From contig CAWBEI010000002.1 of assembly GCA_963787835.1 (NCBI GenBank), forward strand, positions 1,568,001 to 1,632,000: a stretch of 64,000 nucleotides of DNA, written 5' to 3'. The DNA comes from Ignavibacteriota bacterium. GTDB taxonomy: Bacteria; Bacteroidota; Ignavibacteria; Palsa-1295. Made by a program: the position numbers and the translations under genes. Positions within the stretch are counted from its first letter, which is position 1. Each line of letters opens with the position of its first letter. Shown piece by piece: positions 1-9,449 of the stretch. Below the pieces are notes generated by a model. It was not told the origin of the DNA and made no database searches. It saw only the letters and a program-made list of their open reading frames with translations.

Positions 1-242
1 ATTTTAAGTCCGACGTTCGCAAAGGCTCCCATCGCGGCGGAAGAATTGCCGTCGCCGTTCCCGCTATCCATTTTGGAGAGATTACCGCCATTGCCGATCA
101 ATTTCGCAATTCCAGGCATGTGAATGACTTCGGTGATGGTGCCTTCGTATGCGCTGGCAGGCATCTGGCTGCGCTCCGCGCAGGAGGCAAGCAGGAAGGA
201 AAATAGGCAGGCGACGAGCAGAACAGCTTTTGTGGTTTTCAT
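1..242 (-). CDS. putative lipoprotein (5' part only, runs off window)
   Basis: Manual translation MKTTKAVLLVACLFSFLLASCAERSQ...; signal peptide with lipobox LASC; frame open to window edge. Confidence 0.65.
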   Translation of the reverse strand, partial: MKTTKAVLLVACLFSFLLASCAERSQMPASAYEGTITEVIHMPGIAKLIGNGGNLSKMDSGNGDGNSSAAMGAFANVGLK

Positions 243-287
243 CGGAACATGGGTTTTCATCGGAGCATAGGTTTTCACCGGAACATG
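234..287. repeat. 3 x 18-bp tandem repeat spanning the lipoprotein start codon
   Basis: ggttttcatcggaacatg / ggttttcatcggagcata / ggttttcaccggaacatg. Confidence 0.85.
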
Positions 288-353
288 GAGTGATTATTCA
301 CGGTTGAAACGCCTAAACAGGAGTGATGTTTCCCTGATCTGCCGTCTCCTCTC

Positions 354-381
354 TTGACTTTTGTATTTAATTTTGTATATT
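354..381 (+). promoter_or_regulatory. candidate sigma70-type promoter for the ECF sigma gene
   Basis: TTGACT (354-359), 16-nt AT-rich spacer, TATATT (376-381). Confidence 0.4.
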
Positions 382-445
382 GGTGACCGGAGTTATAGTT
401 TAACAAGCAACAATCTTCTCAGAAGCGCCGGAATCTACCAAGGTC

Positions 446-1582
446 ATGGACTCAACTGACTTGAATTCTCCTCAATCGAGCGAAGCCGAACGTCCGGCCG
501 AACCCGATTATCTTCGTTCCGAAGAAGACGAGCCGGTGAATGAGACTCCGACTACCCCAAACCGAGATTCCTACGAAGATATCGGTTCCCCTGCGGTGCG
601 CAATCCATCGCGCTCGCGTCCGGATGCTTCGCTGGCGTTCCGAGGCAGAATGTCCGAGATGATGAGCAATGCGCTGTTCGAGCAAATAGCGGTCGAGCGG
701 TCGGAAATTGCGTTCAAGGAATTCTATGATTTTCTCGCTCCAAAAGTTTATTCGGTGATCTACCGGATCTTGCGCATTGAGGACGATGCGCTCGATATTT
801 TGCAGGAAGTATTTACGCATTTCTGGAACACCGCTCCGGAACTCTATAAACTCCATACGAATATCTCCGCATGGATACTTCTGCTGGCGCGCAACCGCGC
901 CATTGATGAAACGCGCAGTTTCCGGTTCCAAAAGCAAAGCCACACGGAGTCCTATGATGTCCGTGACCACGAGTATATCACGGACGATACGAGTGCGCCG
1001 GATGACAAAATAACGACGGAAGGTTCAAGCCAGGAGATACGTGCTGCCTTCGAGACGCTCACGTCCGATCAGCGTAAGATCATGGAACTTGTGTTCTTCG
1101 GCGGGATGTCGATGAAGGCCGTCGCCAATAATTTGCATTTGAATCCCGGTACGGTTCGAAAATCAGTGCATGATGCGGTCAAAAAACTACGAAAAGTGCT
1201 CAAGCCCGATGATGCAACCCGGCTGAATCTGTCCCCAACCCCGAAGACACCGAAGAACCAAACTATTCCACCCCCGAAGCGTGATCGAGTGGTGAAAGTA
1301 GAAAAGAGAATAAGGGAACATACGGATCATCATGGCGAGGAACTTAACTCGGTTCCACCGTTGGAGCCGGCAGCCGAACCCCAAAAAGAAAAAGTCACAG
1401 AGACGGTGAAAGCAACATCCCGCGCGGAGGGGAAATCGCGGCGGGCACAACAACTTCACTCCATTCTCGACGACCTCATGAAAAATCGAGGCGAGATTTC
1501 AGATACAAATGAGGCAATGAGTAATTTGTCAGCAGATAGTGTTCTGGAACAACATCAGCTTGACCATCCAGATCAAGCATAG
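446..1582 (+). CDS. ECF-type RNA polymerase sigma-70 factor (SigK-like) with long N- and C-terminal extensions
   Basis: Region 2 (DALDILQEVF...WILLLARNRAID) and region 4 HTH (LTSDQRKIMELVFFGGMS...GTVRKS). Confidence 0.88.
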   Translation: MDSTDLNSPQSSEAERPAEPDYLRSEEDEPVNETPTTPNRDSYEDIGSPAVRNPSRSRPDASLAFRGRMSEMMSNALFEQIAVERSEIAFKEFYDFLAPKVYSVIYRILRIEDDALDILQEVFTHFWNTAPELYKLHTNISAWILLLARNRAIDETRSFRFQKQSHTESYDVRDHEYITDDTSAPDDKITTEGSSQEIRAAFETLTSDQRKIMELVFFGGMSMKAVANNLHLNPGTVRKSVHDAVKKLRKVLKPDDATRLNLSPTPKTPKNQTIPPPKRDRVVKVEKRIREHTDHHGEELNSVPPLEPAAEPQKEKVTETVKATSRAEGKSRRAQQLHSILDDLMKNRGEISDTNEAMSNLSADSVLEQHQLDHPDQA

Positions 1583-1644
1583 CGAAGGTTGTCTCGTGAG
1601 GCAATAGCTCACAAACGTTTGACAAGATCTTATTACATCATATC

Positions 1645-3276
1645 ATGGACCGACGAATATTTTTAAAGGGAATCCTTGCAACAGGCGCACTTTCGACAAG
1701 TGCGTTTTCACTCGCGAATCTGGACACACTGGCCGCTCGTGAGTCGCGAAGAACATGGATCGGTACTCCGTCAAAGCCCGCGAAATCGGAACAAGATCTC
1801 GCGGAAGCGCTCGTCGAGCATGCGATCTCGCTTGGTGCCACATATTGCGATGTTCGCCTTGTGCGGGTGCTCTCGCAATCGGTAAGCGCACGCGATCAAG
1901 TGGTGACGGGGCTTTCGGATTCGGAATCCTATGGCCTTGGACTGCGGGTCATCAAGAACGGCACCTGGGGTTTTTCTGCCACGCGGGATGTGGATATGGA
2001 AAATGGAAAACTTGCAGCACAGGAAGCGATCACAATGGCCGAGCATAATTCGAAGATACAAACTATTCCGCTCGATCTTGCTCCGGTCGATGCGGTGCAA
2101 GGCGAATGGAAGACTCCAATCGTGAAAAATCCATTTGAGGTGTCCTTCAAGGATCGCGCACAGTTTTTACTTGACATGCACGCACTTGGCGCATCCGTCC
2201 CGCTCAATGGCAGTAAACTCACCCTTCATTCGGACTTGCATTGTGTGCGTGAAGAGAAATACTTTGCTTCCAGCGAGGGTTCCAAAATTTGGCAGGAAGT
2301 GACCCGCATCGATCCTTCTTCCTGGGCAACCGTTGCGGATCCCACGAAAGGGGAGTTCGCATCGCGAGCATTATTCGTGTTGCCGCAAGGCCGGGGATTC
2401 GAATACGTGGAGCAATACCCCTACAAGGATGAAATAAAACAAGCCGCTGCCGAAGCTCACGAAAAAATTTCTGCAGTTTCCGTCGAGCCTGGAAAATATG
2501 ACCTGATATTACATCCTACGCATTTGTGGCTGACGATCCATGAGTCCATCGGACATCCGACGGAACTTGACCGCATCATGGGTTACGAAGCGGATTTTGC
2601 CGGCACAAGTTTTCTCACGCCGGAAAAATGGCGGAAATTTTCCTATGGATCCGAGTATATGAATATCGTTGCCGACCGCACGCAGGAAGGCGCACTGGCA
2701 ACGGTTGGCTTCGATGACGATGGGGTGGCATCGCAGTCCTATCCGCTCATCGAGCGGGGCGAGCTGGTTGCTCTGCAAACCACGCGCGAGCAAGCCAAGA
2801 TGATCGGCGAAAAAACTTCCCGCGGACAAAGTTATGCCGAAGGCTGGTGGAACACGCCATTCCAACGCATGCCGAACGTCAGTTTGCTGCCGAATCCGAA
2901 AAAGAAATCTCTCGAAGATATTATTGCCGACACCGGCAAGGGTATTCTCATTAAAGGGAACTCCAGTTATTCGATCGATCAGCAGCGCTATAATTTCCAG
3001 TTCACCGGGCAGGTTGCGTATGGCGTGCAAGATGGAAAGATCACGCACATGCTGCGCGACGTCGCTTATTATGGCAAGACGGAAAAGTTCTGGAATGCGC
3101 TCGATGCTCTTGGAGATAAAAGCGAATACATGCTCGGCGGAGCAATGTCCGATGGGAAAGGGGAGCCGATGCAGTTGAATCCGGTTTCGCATGGCTGTCC
3201 CTGCGCCCGTTTTGCGGATCAACGGGTGATCAACTCGCGCCAGCAATCTGCGAATAAGCAAAAGGGGATGGCATAA
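1645..3276 (+). CDS. tldD: TldD/PmbA family metalloprotease with twin-arginine signal
   Basis: RRIFLK Tat motif; HESIGH zinc motif; DDDGV and RMPN motifs; C-terminal SHGCP. Confidence 0.9.
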   Translation: MDRRIFLKGILATGALSTSAFSLANLDTLAARESRRTWIGTPSKPAKSEQDLAEALVEHAISLGATYCDVRLVRVLSQSVSARDQVVTGLSDSESYGLGLRVIKNGTWGFSATRDVDMENGKLAAQEAITMAEHNSKIQTIPLDLAPVDAVQGEWKTPIVKNPFEVSFKDRAQFLLDMHALGASVPLNGSKLTLHSDLHCVREEKYFASSEGSKIWQEVTRIDPSSWATVADPTKGEFASRALFVLPQGRGFEYVEQYPYKDEIKQAAAEAHEKISAVSVEPGKYDLILHPTHLWLTIHESIGHPTELDRIMGYEADFAGTSFLTPEKWRKFSYGSEYMNIVADRTQEGALATVGFDDDGVASQSYPLIERGELVALQTTREQAKMIGEKTSRGQSYAEGWWNTPFQRMPNVSLLPNPKKKSLEDIIADTGKGILIKGNSSYSIDQQRYNFQFTGQVAYGVQDGKITHMLRDVAYYGKTEKFWNALDALGDKSEYMLGGAMSDGKGEPMQLNPVSHGCPCARFADQRVINSRQQSANKQKGMA

Positions 3277-3363
3277 AGCTCCGATTATTGTTTACCACGG
3301 GAATTGGATTGAGTTAACCGTGGTTAATTTCGCGCTCGGTCGATTTTCCGAGCGTGGAATTGC

Positions 3364-5694
3364 ATGTCACGCGTTATCCCTTTACTTGTCGTTTCTTTAA
3401 CATTTTCACTTCCAACCGTGACGCCTGCGCAGCAGAAGAGCGTCGCGGATGTTTCGATTTACGTGTGGAATTCCGGGCACGGCAATGCGCTGGAGCTTGC
3501 ACGTGCCGCACTGTCCTATCATGGAACTTTGGCGAAGAACGGGGTTACCGATATCAGCGGCAACGTTCATTTTCGCAACGTGCCGTTCGGGACGTACCGT
3601 TTGGCGGTCGCGATGGTCGGATTTCAGCCGTTTACGGATTCTATCGTCATTCATTCGCCAATTTTTTTGGACACCGTCTCGCTAAAGGAGAACGCAGCGC
3701 AAGAAGTTGACATAAATGCCGATAGCGTTCCTTCCATTACGACGATCGATCCTTCGGGCAATCAGGTGTTTGAATCGGAGAACTATCATCCGCCTCCCTC
3801 GGCGCGCATGACGCAGCTCATTCAGCAAAATCTGATGGGTGCCGTTCGTGCTCCTACGGGTGAAGTGCATATTCGCGGCCAGCATGGGGAATATATGTAT
3901 TATGTTGACGGCGCGCCCGTGCCGCTCGGCGTGTTTGGCGGGCTGAATGAAATTGTCGATCCGACGGTCATTGAACGCGCGACCTTTCTCTCCGGCGGAT
4001 GGCCGGCGGAATATGGCGGACAAATGGCCACCGTTGTTGACATTAATACCCGAGTTCCCACCGGCAGCCTACAGGCCAATGCCACGACGTATGCCGGAGG
4101 GTATTTCCCGGATCAAAACAAGGCGAGCGTGATTAATCCCGACCATGTGATTAACTCGGATGGTCAATCGTTGAATCTGAGCGATCACGATGGGCCCTTA
4201 GGGTGGTTTATCTCAGGCTCGCGGCAGGAAACAGATCGAAGAATAGATTCCCCAACGCCAACGATCTTCCACGATCACGGGTCGGACGTGTTCCTCTTCG
4301 GCAAAGCGGATTATATTTTGTCGGATAATGATTATCTCACGCTCGACGCGAGTTACGGTAATACCGGTTCTCAAGTTCCGTATGCTCCGATCATAAGCGG
4401 CCCGCAGGATGATAACGAGAACATCACGGAGGCATTTCAAACGCTCTCGTATTTTAGAACGCTCTCAAACGAGCCGGACGCAGAATCGAACCTGCAAGAG
4501 ACGCTTTTTCTGCGCGAAGGAGGGTTGAATTACCAACCCGGCGCTAATGATTCTGCTTCATTTCTCTTTGCTTCCGATACTACAAAAGGTTATGTTATTG
4601 CCGAAACACAAAGTTTTGTGACCCTTGGCGACCGGATACGCTACGAAAAACGACTGAGCAGCGATTGGCTTACTGTAGCTGGAGGGAGTCTGAGCCTGAC
4701 TCGCGGAAGCCAGAATTTTACATCCCGGGATTCCGCAGGTCTGCCGGGGCCCGGCGCGTTATCGAATTATGTGGGATCGGAATTCGGACTGTTCGTGGAA
4801 ACCGAATGGCAGGCTGAACCGTGGTTCCGAGCAGATGCTGGCCTGAGATACGATCAGCAGATTGCGCCGGATGTCGAGTTCCAAGATCAGATAAGCCCGA
4901 GGTTAAGACTCAATTTTCTATTCGACGTAGAGAATTCGGGCTATCTTTACTATGGTCGTCTCTTCATGCCAACCGTGATCGAATCGATTCATGCGTTTGC
5001 AAGCACCACGAGTTCTACCGGCGTCCCTACACTTGCCGAGCGCGACAATTTTTACGAAGCCGTCTTCGCGCATCATTTTGGCGATGAACTCAGCGCCAAG
5101 TTAGCATATTATCTCAAGAATTCGAGTCCCGGGGTCGATGATGAAACCATCGGCAACAGCGCGGTAAAGATTCCCTTCAATCTGCAATTTGTGAGATCGC
5201 AGGGCATCGAGGCGGGCGTTTCGTATAGCCCGATTGCGTCGCCATTTTCAGGATATGTAAATTCGTCGATCAGCCATGCCTATAGTTGGGGAACTTTGAC
5301 GGGAGGGTTTCAGTCCATTCCGCAGTCGCCCGCGCCCGTCGATCGCGATCACGATCAGCGGCTTTCGGCTGTATTCTCGATGAATTATCAGCCGGGCAAT
5401 TGGTTTGCGAATGGGATGGCAATCTATGGCTCAGGACTTTCGAACGGAATTATCAATATCCCTTTTGGCACCGGACTGTTTGATTTCAACCAAGCCGGAA
5501 AGGTTACGCCCTCGTGGATCATTGACCTGTCGTGCGGCACCACCTTGCATCTTGGCGGCGGCGAAGAACTAACTCCCTCGCTTTACATCACGAACATTCT
5601 CGACTATGAGCACCTCCTCAAAGGCGCATACACCAACGGCCCGAGTTGGGAAGAACCACGCAATATTATCTTAAAGTTAGCACTGCACGTATAG
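3364..5694 (+). CDS. TonB-dependent receptor with N-terminal carboxypeptidase-regulatory-like domain
   Basis: Signal peptide; plug-like HIRGQHG..YYVDG and GGWPAEYG; barrel GLRYD/SPRL; DHDQR motif. Confidence 0.88.
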   Translation: MSRVIPLLVVSLTFSLPTVTPAQQKSVADVSIYVWNSGHGNALELARAALSYHGTLAKNGVTDISGNVHFRNVPFGTYRLAVAMVGFQPFTDSIVIHSPIFLDTVSLKENAAQEVDINADSVPSITTIDPSGNQVFESENYHPPPSARMTQLIQQNLMGAVRAPTGEVHIRGQHGEYMYYVDGAPVPLGVFGGLNEIVDPTVIERATFLSGGWPAEYGGQMATVVDINTRVPTGSLQANATTYAGGYFPDQNKASVINPDHVINSDGQSLNLSDHDGPLGWFISGSRQETDRRIDSPTPTIFHDHGSDVFLFGKADYILSDNDYLTLDASYGNTGSQVPYAPIISGPQDDNENITEAFQTLSYFRTLSNEPDAESNLQETLFLREGGLNYQPGANDSASFLFASDTTKGYVIAETQSFVTLGDRIRYEKRLSSDWLTVAGGSLSLTRGSQNFTSRDSAGLPGPGALSNYVGSEFGLFVETEWQAEPWFRADAGLRYDQQIAPDVEFQDQISPRLRLNFLFDVENSGYLYYGRLFMPTVIESIHAFASTTSSTGVPTLAERDNFYEAVFAHHFGDELSAKLAYYLKNSSPGVDDETIGNSAVKIPFNLQFVRSQGIEAGVSYSPIASPFSGYVNSSISHAYSWGTLTGGFQSIPQSPAPVDRDHDQRLSAVFSMNYQPGNWFANGMAIYGSGLSNGIINIPFGTGLFDFNQAGKVTPSWIIDLSCGTTLHLGGGEELTPSLYITNILDYEHLLKGAYTNGPSWEEPRNIILKLALHV

Positions 5695-5706
5695 GAGGAA
5701 TATTTT

Positions 5707-5716
5707 CGTATTTTTG
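5707..5716 (+). promoter_or_regulatory. Bacteroidota-type -7 promoter element (CGTATTTTTG)
   Basis: Matches TAnnTTTG; the same 10-mer lies upstream of nuoA, hppA and kduD. Confidence 0.6.
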
Positions 5717-5764
5717 CACCAGCTTTGAATTCTAATCACTCATCGGACGACCCTTTCCCCGGCA

Positions 5765-7096
5765 ATGACCATCGCCATACGCTCCTTTTTTGCACTCGCG
5801 ATCATTGCGCTGGCTCAAACTGTTTGGGCGTCGTCAGATTCCACGCACTATTTTGTCACCGATACCTCGATAGCCAGTTTTCACTTCCAATTTACGACGA
5901 TATCGCAGTATCATCCCGCTTTTTATGCGGCCTATAGCGGCCAAAACAGCCTGGGTGCTAAGGCGGAGCAAGAGACTTCCGTAACCGCAACCGTGTTCTC
6001 CGGCATTCGGCTTTGGCCTGGAGCAAGTTTCTATTTCAATCCCGAAATGAGTGGAGGCAACGGTTTTTCTGGCGTAACAGGTATTGCCGGATTCACGAAC
6101 GGCGAAACTCCGCGAATTGGTACGCCCGCGTCATCGATAACGATAGCAAGAGGGTATTTGCAGCAATCGTTTGCACTTTCGAATGCGGGAAGTGAGCATC
6201 TTCCAGATGGTCAAAATCAATTAGCGCTGGACTTGCCGCGCGATCGGTTCACTGTTACGATCGGTAAATATGCTCTATCGGATCTGTTCGATAACAATAG
6301 TTACAGTCACGATCCTCGCGGGCAGTTCGAGAACTGGGCGCTGATGGAAAATGGTGCATGGGATTATCCCGCGAATACGCATGGCTATACGTATGCGCTA
6401 ACGCTCGAAGCAAAAATGGGAGATTGGTCTGCACGCGCAGGCACAGCCGCCGAGCCGACAGAAGCCAACGGCCCAACGCTCACGTATGCATCCGGCGCGC
6501 ACGGTGAAACGGTCGAGATCGAGCATCGGCATACCATCAGCGGCGATAGTGGGGTGGTCCGGCTGTTACTATTCAATAACACAGCGGATATGGGCAATTA
6601 CGATGAGGCGTTGAGTAACCCGAAATACGATACCAGCGTGGTCAATACGCGGCAATTGGGGCGCAATAAATATGGGTTTGGGCTGAATATTGAACAAGCG
6701 CTTACGCCGACTATCGGCGGATTCTTGCGTGCAAGCTGGAATGACGGCAGGAACGAAACATGGGCCTTTACCGAGATCGACCGCTCCGCATCGCTCGGAA
6801 TATCCCTCAATGGCGCACTATGGCATCGGGACAATGACGTCGTTGGTATTGCAGGTGTGGTCAATGGCCTTTCGGACGATCACCGGCGTTACTTAGAGGC
6901 TGGCGGCTATGGATTCATTATTGGCGACGGCGCACTCAATTACGCTCCCGAAGCGATTGCCGAAGTATATTACCTGATCGCGTTGACGGACGCATTTTTC
7001 CTCACGGCGGATTATCAATTCGTCGCAAATCCCGCATACAATGCCGATCGCGGCCCGGTGAATGTGCTAAGTGCGCGGGCGCATGTGCAGTTTTAA
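5765..7096 (+). CDS. OprB-family porin, high-affinity Mn2+ porin (MnoP)-like
   Basis: Signal peptide; FDNNSYSHDPR, GAWDYPANTHGYT, NPAYNADRGPV; C-terminal Phe. Confidence 0.85.
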   Translation: MTIAIRSFFALAIIALAQTVWASSDSTHYFVTDTSIASFHFQFTTISQYHPAFYAAYSGQNSLGAKAEQETSVTATVFSGIRLWPGASFYFNPEMSGGNGFSGVTGIAGFTNGETPRIGTPASSITIARGYLQQSFALSNAGSEHLPDGQNQLALDLPRDRFTVTIGKYALSDLFDNNSYSHDPRGQFENWALMENGAWDYPANTHGYTYALTLEAKMGDWSARAGTAAEPTEANGPTLTYASGAHGETVEIEHRHTISGDSGVVRLLLFNNTADMGNYDEALSNPKYDTSVVNTRQLGRNKYGFGLNIEQALTPTIGGFLRASWNDGRNETWAFTEIDRSASLGISLNGALWHRDNDVVGIAGVVNGLSDDHRRYLEAGGYGFIIGDGALNYAPEAIAEVYYLIALTDAFFLTADYQFVANPAYNADRGPVNVLSARAHVQF

Positions 7097-7143
7097 GAAA
7101 TGAAGAATCTATTCTCACGCTGAAGAGTTGAGTTGCGAAGAAT

Positions 7144-7449
7144 ATGACCATTACCTCCATCTCGAAAAACGGGAAATCCATTCGACTGACGGACGAGCGG
7201 TGGGCTCATATTACAGAGGAACATTCAGAATTGGCGGGTTTGCGAATGGAGGTCATTCAAACCATCGAGAATCCTGAGCGAATTTTGCATGGCAATGAAG
7301 GAGAATTGCTTACTCTTTGAGAAATCGAAACAGGCAAATATCTTGTTGTGGTGTTTCGGGAATTCGAGAATGATGGCTTTATTATAACCGCTTTTATTAC
7401 TCGAAGAACGGCATCCTTGAATAGGAGAACACAACTATGGCCTTCGTGA
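7144..7449 (+). pseudogene. RelE/DUF4258-like toxin with in-frame TGA at 7318-7320
   Basis: MTITSISKNGKSIRLTDERWAHITEEH...ELLTL*EIETGKYLVVVFRE...GFIITAF; frame continues after the stop and overlaps the DUF2283-like gene. Confidence 0.7.
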
Positions 7450-7664
7450 ACGTAGAAGATTATATCCATGTGCTGCCTGCTGCTCAGCATGCACCGTCTG
7501 GTTTTTTTTGGTCTTCCTATGACGTGGAAGCCGATGTGCTATACATCAATTTCAAAAAGCCCAGCCATGCTACGGACAGTGAACTAACTGACGATGACAT
7601 CATCATGCGATATGAAGACGAAACCCTGATCGGAATTACCATCCTTCACGCAAGTAAGCGATGA
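7437..7664 (+). CDS. DUF2283-family protein (putative antitoxin)
   Basis: YDVEADVLYI...LIGITIL pattern. Confidence 0.8.
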   Translation: MAFVNVEDYIHVLPAAQHAPSGFFWSSYDVEADVLYINFKKPSHATDSELTDDDIIMRYEDETLIGITILHASKR

Positions 7665-7677
7665 TCTCAATATTTGT

Positions 7678-7687
7678 CGTATTTTTG
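7678..7687 (+). promoter_or_regulatory. -7 promoter element upstream of nuoA
   Basis: CGTATTTTTG ending 18 nt before the ATG. Confidence 0.6.
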
Positions 7688-7705
7688 CTCTGAAATATTT
7701 TAGAA

Positions 7706-8062
7706 ATGCTAAGTAACTATATTCCCATCGCCCTCATGCTCGTGGTCGCTGCCGGATTTGGCGTGATCATGGTCAACCTCAGCAAGTGGATCGGTCCAAG
7801 GCGGCCGAACTACCAGAAGCTCTCGACCTACGAATCGGGCATGATTCCGGTAGGCACGACCCGCGAGCGTGTCTCGATCAAATATTATGTGGTCGGAATG
7901 CTCTTTATCATATTCGATATCGAGTTGGTGTTCCTCTATCCGTGGGCTGTCATTTTCAAAAGCCTCGGAGCTTATGCGCTCTGGGAAATGTTTATTTTTA
8001 TTGCGTTGCTTTTCGTCGCTTATCTCTATATTTTGAAGAAGGGTGCGCTTGAATGGGATTGA
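7706..8062 (+). CDS. nuoA: NADH-quinone oxidoreductase subunit A
   Basis: KLSTYESG, FIIFDIELVFLYPWA, KKGALEWD. Confidence 0.97.
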   Translation: MLSNYIPIALMLVVAAGFGVIMVNLSKWIGPRRPNYQKLSTYESGMIPVGTTRERVSIKYYVVGMLFIIFDIELVFLYPWAVIFKSLGAYALWEMFIFIALLFVAYLYILKKGALEWD

Positions 8063-8066
8063 CTTC

Positions 8067-8134
8067 GTAGCCGTGACCTTTAGGTCACGGTGAAATTTGT
8101 CGCTCCGCCACCGTAACCTAAAGGTTACGGCTAC
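8067..8134. repeat. GTAG-type REP doublet (REPIN-like)
   Basis: GTAG-ccgtgacc-ttta-ggtcacgg ... ccgtaacc-taaa-ggttacgg-CTAC, an inverted pair of palindromes. Confidence 0.8.
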
Positions 8135-8147
8135 AAGAATTACAATT

Positions 8148-8729
8148 ATGGCCTTAAATGAAGCTCTGCAATCGGAAGGATTCGTAACCAGCAAGATCGA
8201 TGATCTTATCAATTGGGCGCGCAGGAATGCGGTGTGGCCGATGCCGCTGGGGATTTCTTGCTGCGCCATCGAGATGATGCATTTTGCCGGCCCTCGATAT
8301 GATGTGGCACGTTTTGGCAGCGAAGTATTTCGATTCTCGCCGCGTCAATCGGACCTGCTCATCGTTGCCGGAACGGTTACGTATAAAATGTCGAAAGTTG
8401 TTCGCAAAATTTACGACCAAATGCCAGATCCTAAATACGTGATAGCAATGGGTGTCTGCACCGTTTCTGGAGGTATTTACCGGACATATTCAGTAGTGCA
8501 GGGCATCAATCAATTTTTGCCGGTCGATCTGTATGTTGTCGGCTGCCCGCCGCGCCCGGATTCTTTGCTTAAGGGATTGATGATGATCCAGGAGAATATT
8601 AAGAACGACCGTCCCATCGCGAGAGGAACGGTCATTGGCGATCATCATCCCCAGCAACCGATTGACATTCAGCTAAATGCCATCGAAGGTCCGGCGAAGA
8701 TGCAAAAGAGCAAGCTCATCACTGTTTAA
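8148..8729 (+). CDS. nuoB: NADH-quinone oxidoreductase subunit B
   Basis: SCCAIEM, SPRQSD, GCPPRP; start moved to ATG 8148 because the longer ORF reads through the REP. Confidence 0.97.
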   Translation: MALNEALQSEGFVTSKIDDLINWARRNAVWPMPLGISCCAIEMMHFAGPRYDVARFGSEVFRFSPRQSDLLIVAGTVTYKMSKVVRKIYDQMPDPKYVIAMGVCTVSGGIYRTYSVVQGINQFLPVDLYVVGCPPRPDSLLKGLMMIQENIKNDRPIARGTVIGDHHPQQPIDIQLNAIEGPAKMQKSKLITV

Positions 8730-8748
8730 TGCTACCATTTTTATTCAT

Positions 8749-8883
8749 GTCATTGCGAGGAGAATTCAGCGACCAACGGGAGCTGGATTCGACGAAGCAA
8801 TCTCATGCAGTTTTATCTGAAAACGAACGGATTGCTTCGTCGGACAAAAGCTCCTGCGTCGCTTTCGTCCTTCTCGCAATGAC
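8749..8883. repeat. cruciform palindromic element (gtcattgcgag...ctcgcaatgac)
   Basis: Terminal inverted repeats plus inner cgacgaagcaatc/gattgcttcgtcg stem. Confidence 0.8.
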
Positions 8884-8885
8884 TT

Positions 8886-9398
8886 ATGTTTAAGTTTGAA
8901 GATTTAAAAGAAAAAGATCCTGACCTCCAATTTGAGAAGGTCGATATTGGCGGCGATGAAGGCGCTATCGTTCCACGCGAACAAATTCTTGGCGTTGCGC
9001 GACGCCTGAAGAGCGAATTCGGGTTTCTCCAGATGATCGACATTATCGGTCATGACCGAAATGAGAAAAAGCATCGCTTCGAAGTAACCTACGATCTCCG
9101 CAATCACAAAACGAAACAGCGCATCTTTTTGAAGGTACGCTGCGAGGAGCGCGATCCGCATGTGCCATCGCTCTGTGAAGTATGGACTGGCTGCAACTGG
9201 AACGAGCGCGAGGCGTACGATATGGTCGGTGTCATCTTCGATGGTCATCCCGATCTTCGCCGAATGTACATGCCCGAAGATTTCGAATATTTCCCCCTCC
9301 GCAAAGATTTTCCGCTTATGGGCATACCTGGTTCGATACCGCTGCCACACCACGAAGATGCTGACCCGAGATTTGAGGTCGCAAACAGAGGAGAATAG
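8886..9398 (+). CDS. nuoC: NADH-quinone oxidoreductase subunit C
   Basis: WNEREAYDMVG, GHPDLRR, PLRKDFPL. Confidence 0.96.
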   Translation: MFKFEDLKEKDPDLQFEKVDIGGDEGAIVPREQILGVARRLKSEFGFLQMIDIIGHDRNEKKHRFEVTYDLRNHKTKQRIFLKVRCEERDPHVPSLCEVWTGCNWNEREAYDMVGVIFDGHPDLRRMYMPEDFEYFPLRKDFPLMGIPGSIPLPHHEDADPRFEVANRGE

Positions 9399-9449
9399 AA
9401 CCTGGATCACGCGGATTAATTGGGATTACGCTGATAATTTTTATTTGAA

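Noticed and set aside
3277-3363. Cobalamin or TPP riboswitch before the TonB receptor
   Set aside because: The region is under 90 nt and lacks the conserved riboswitch motifs.
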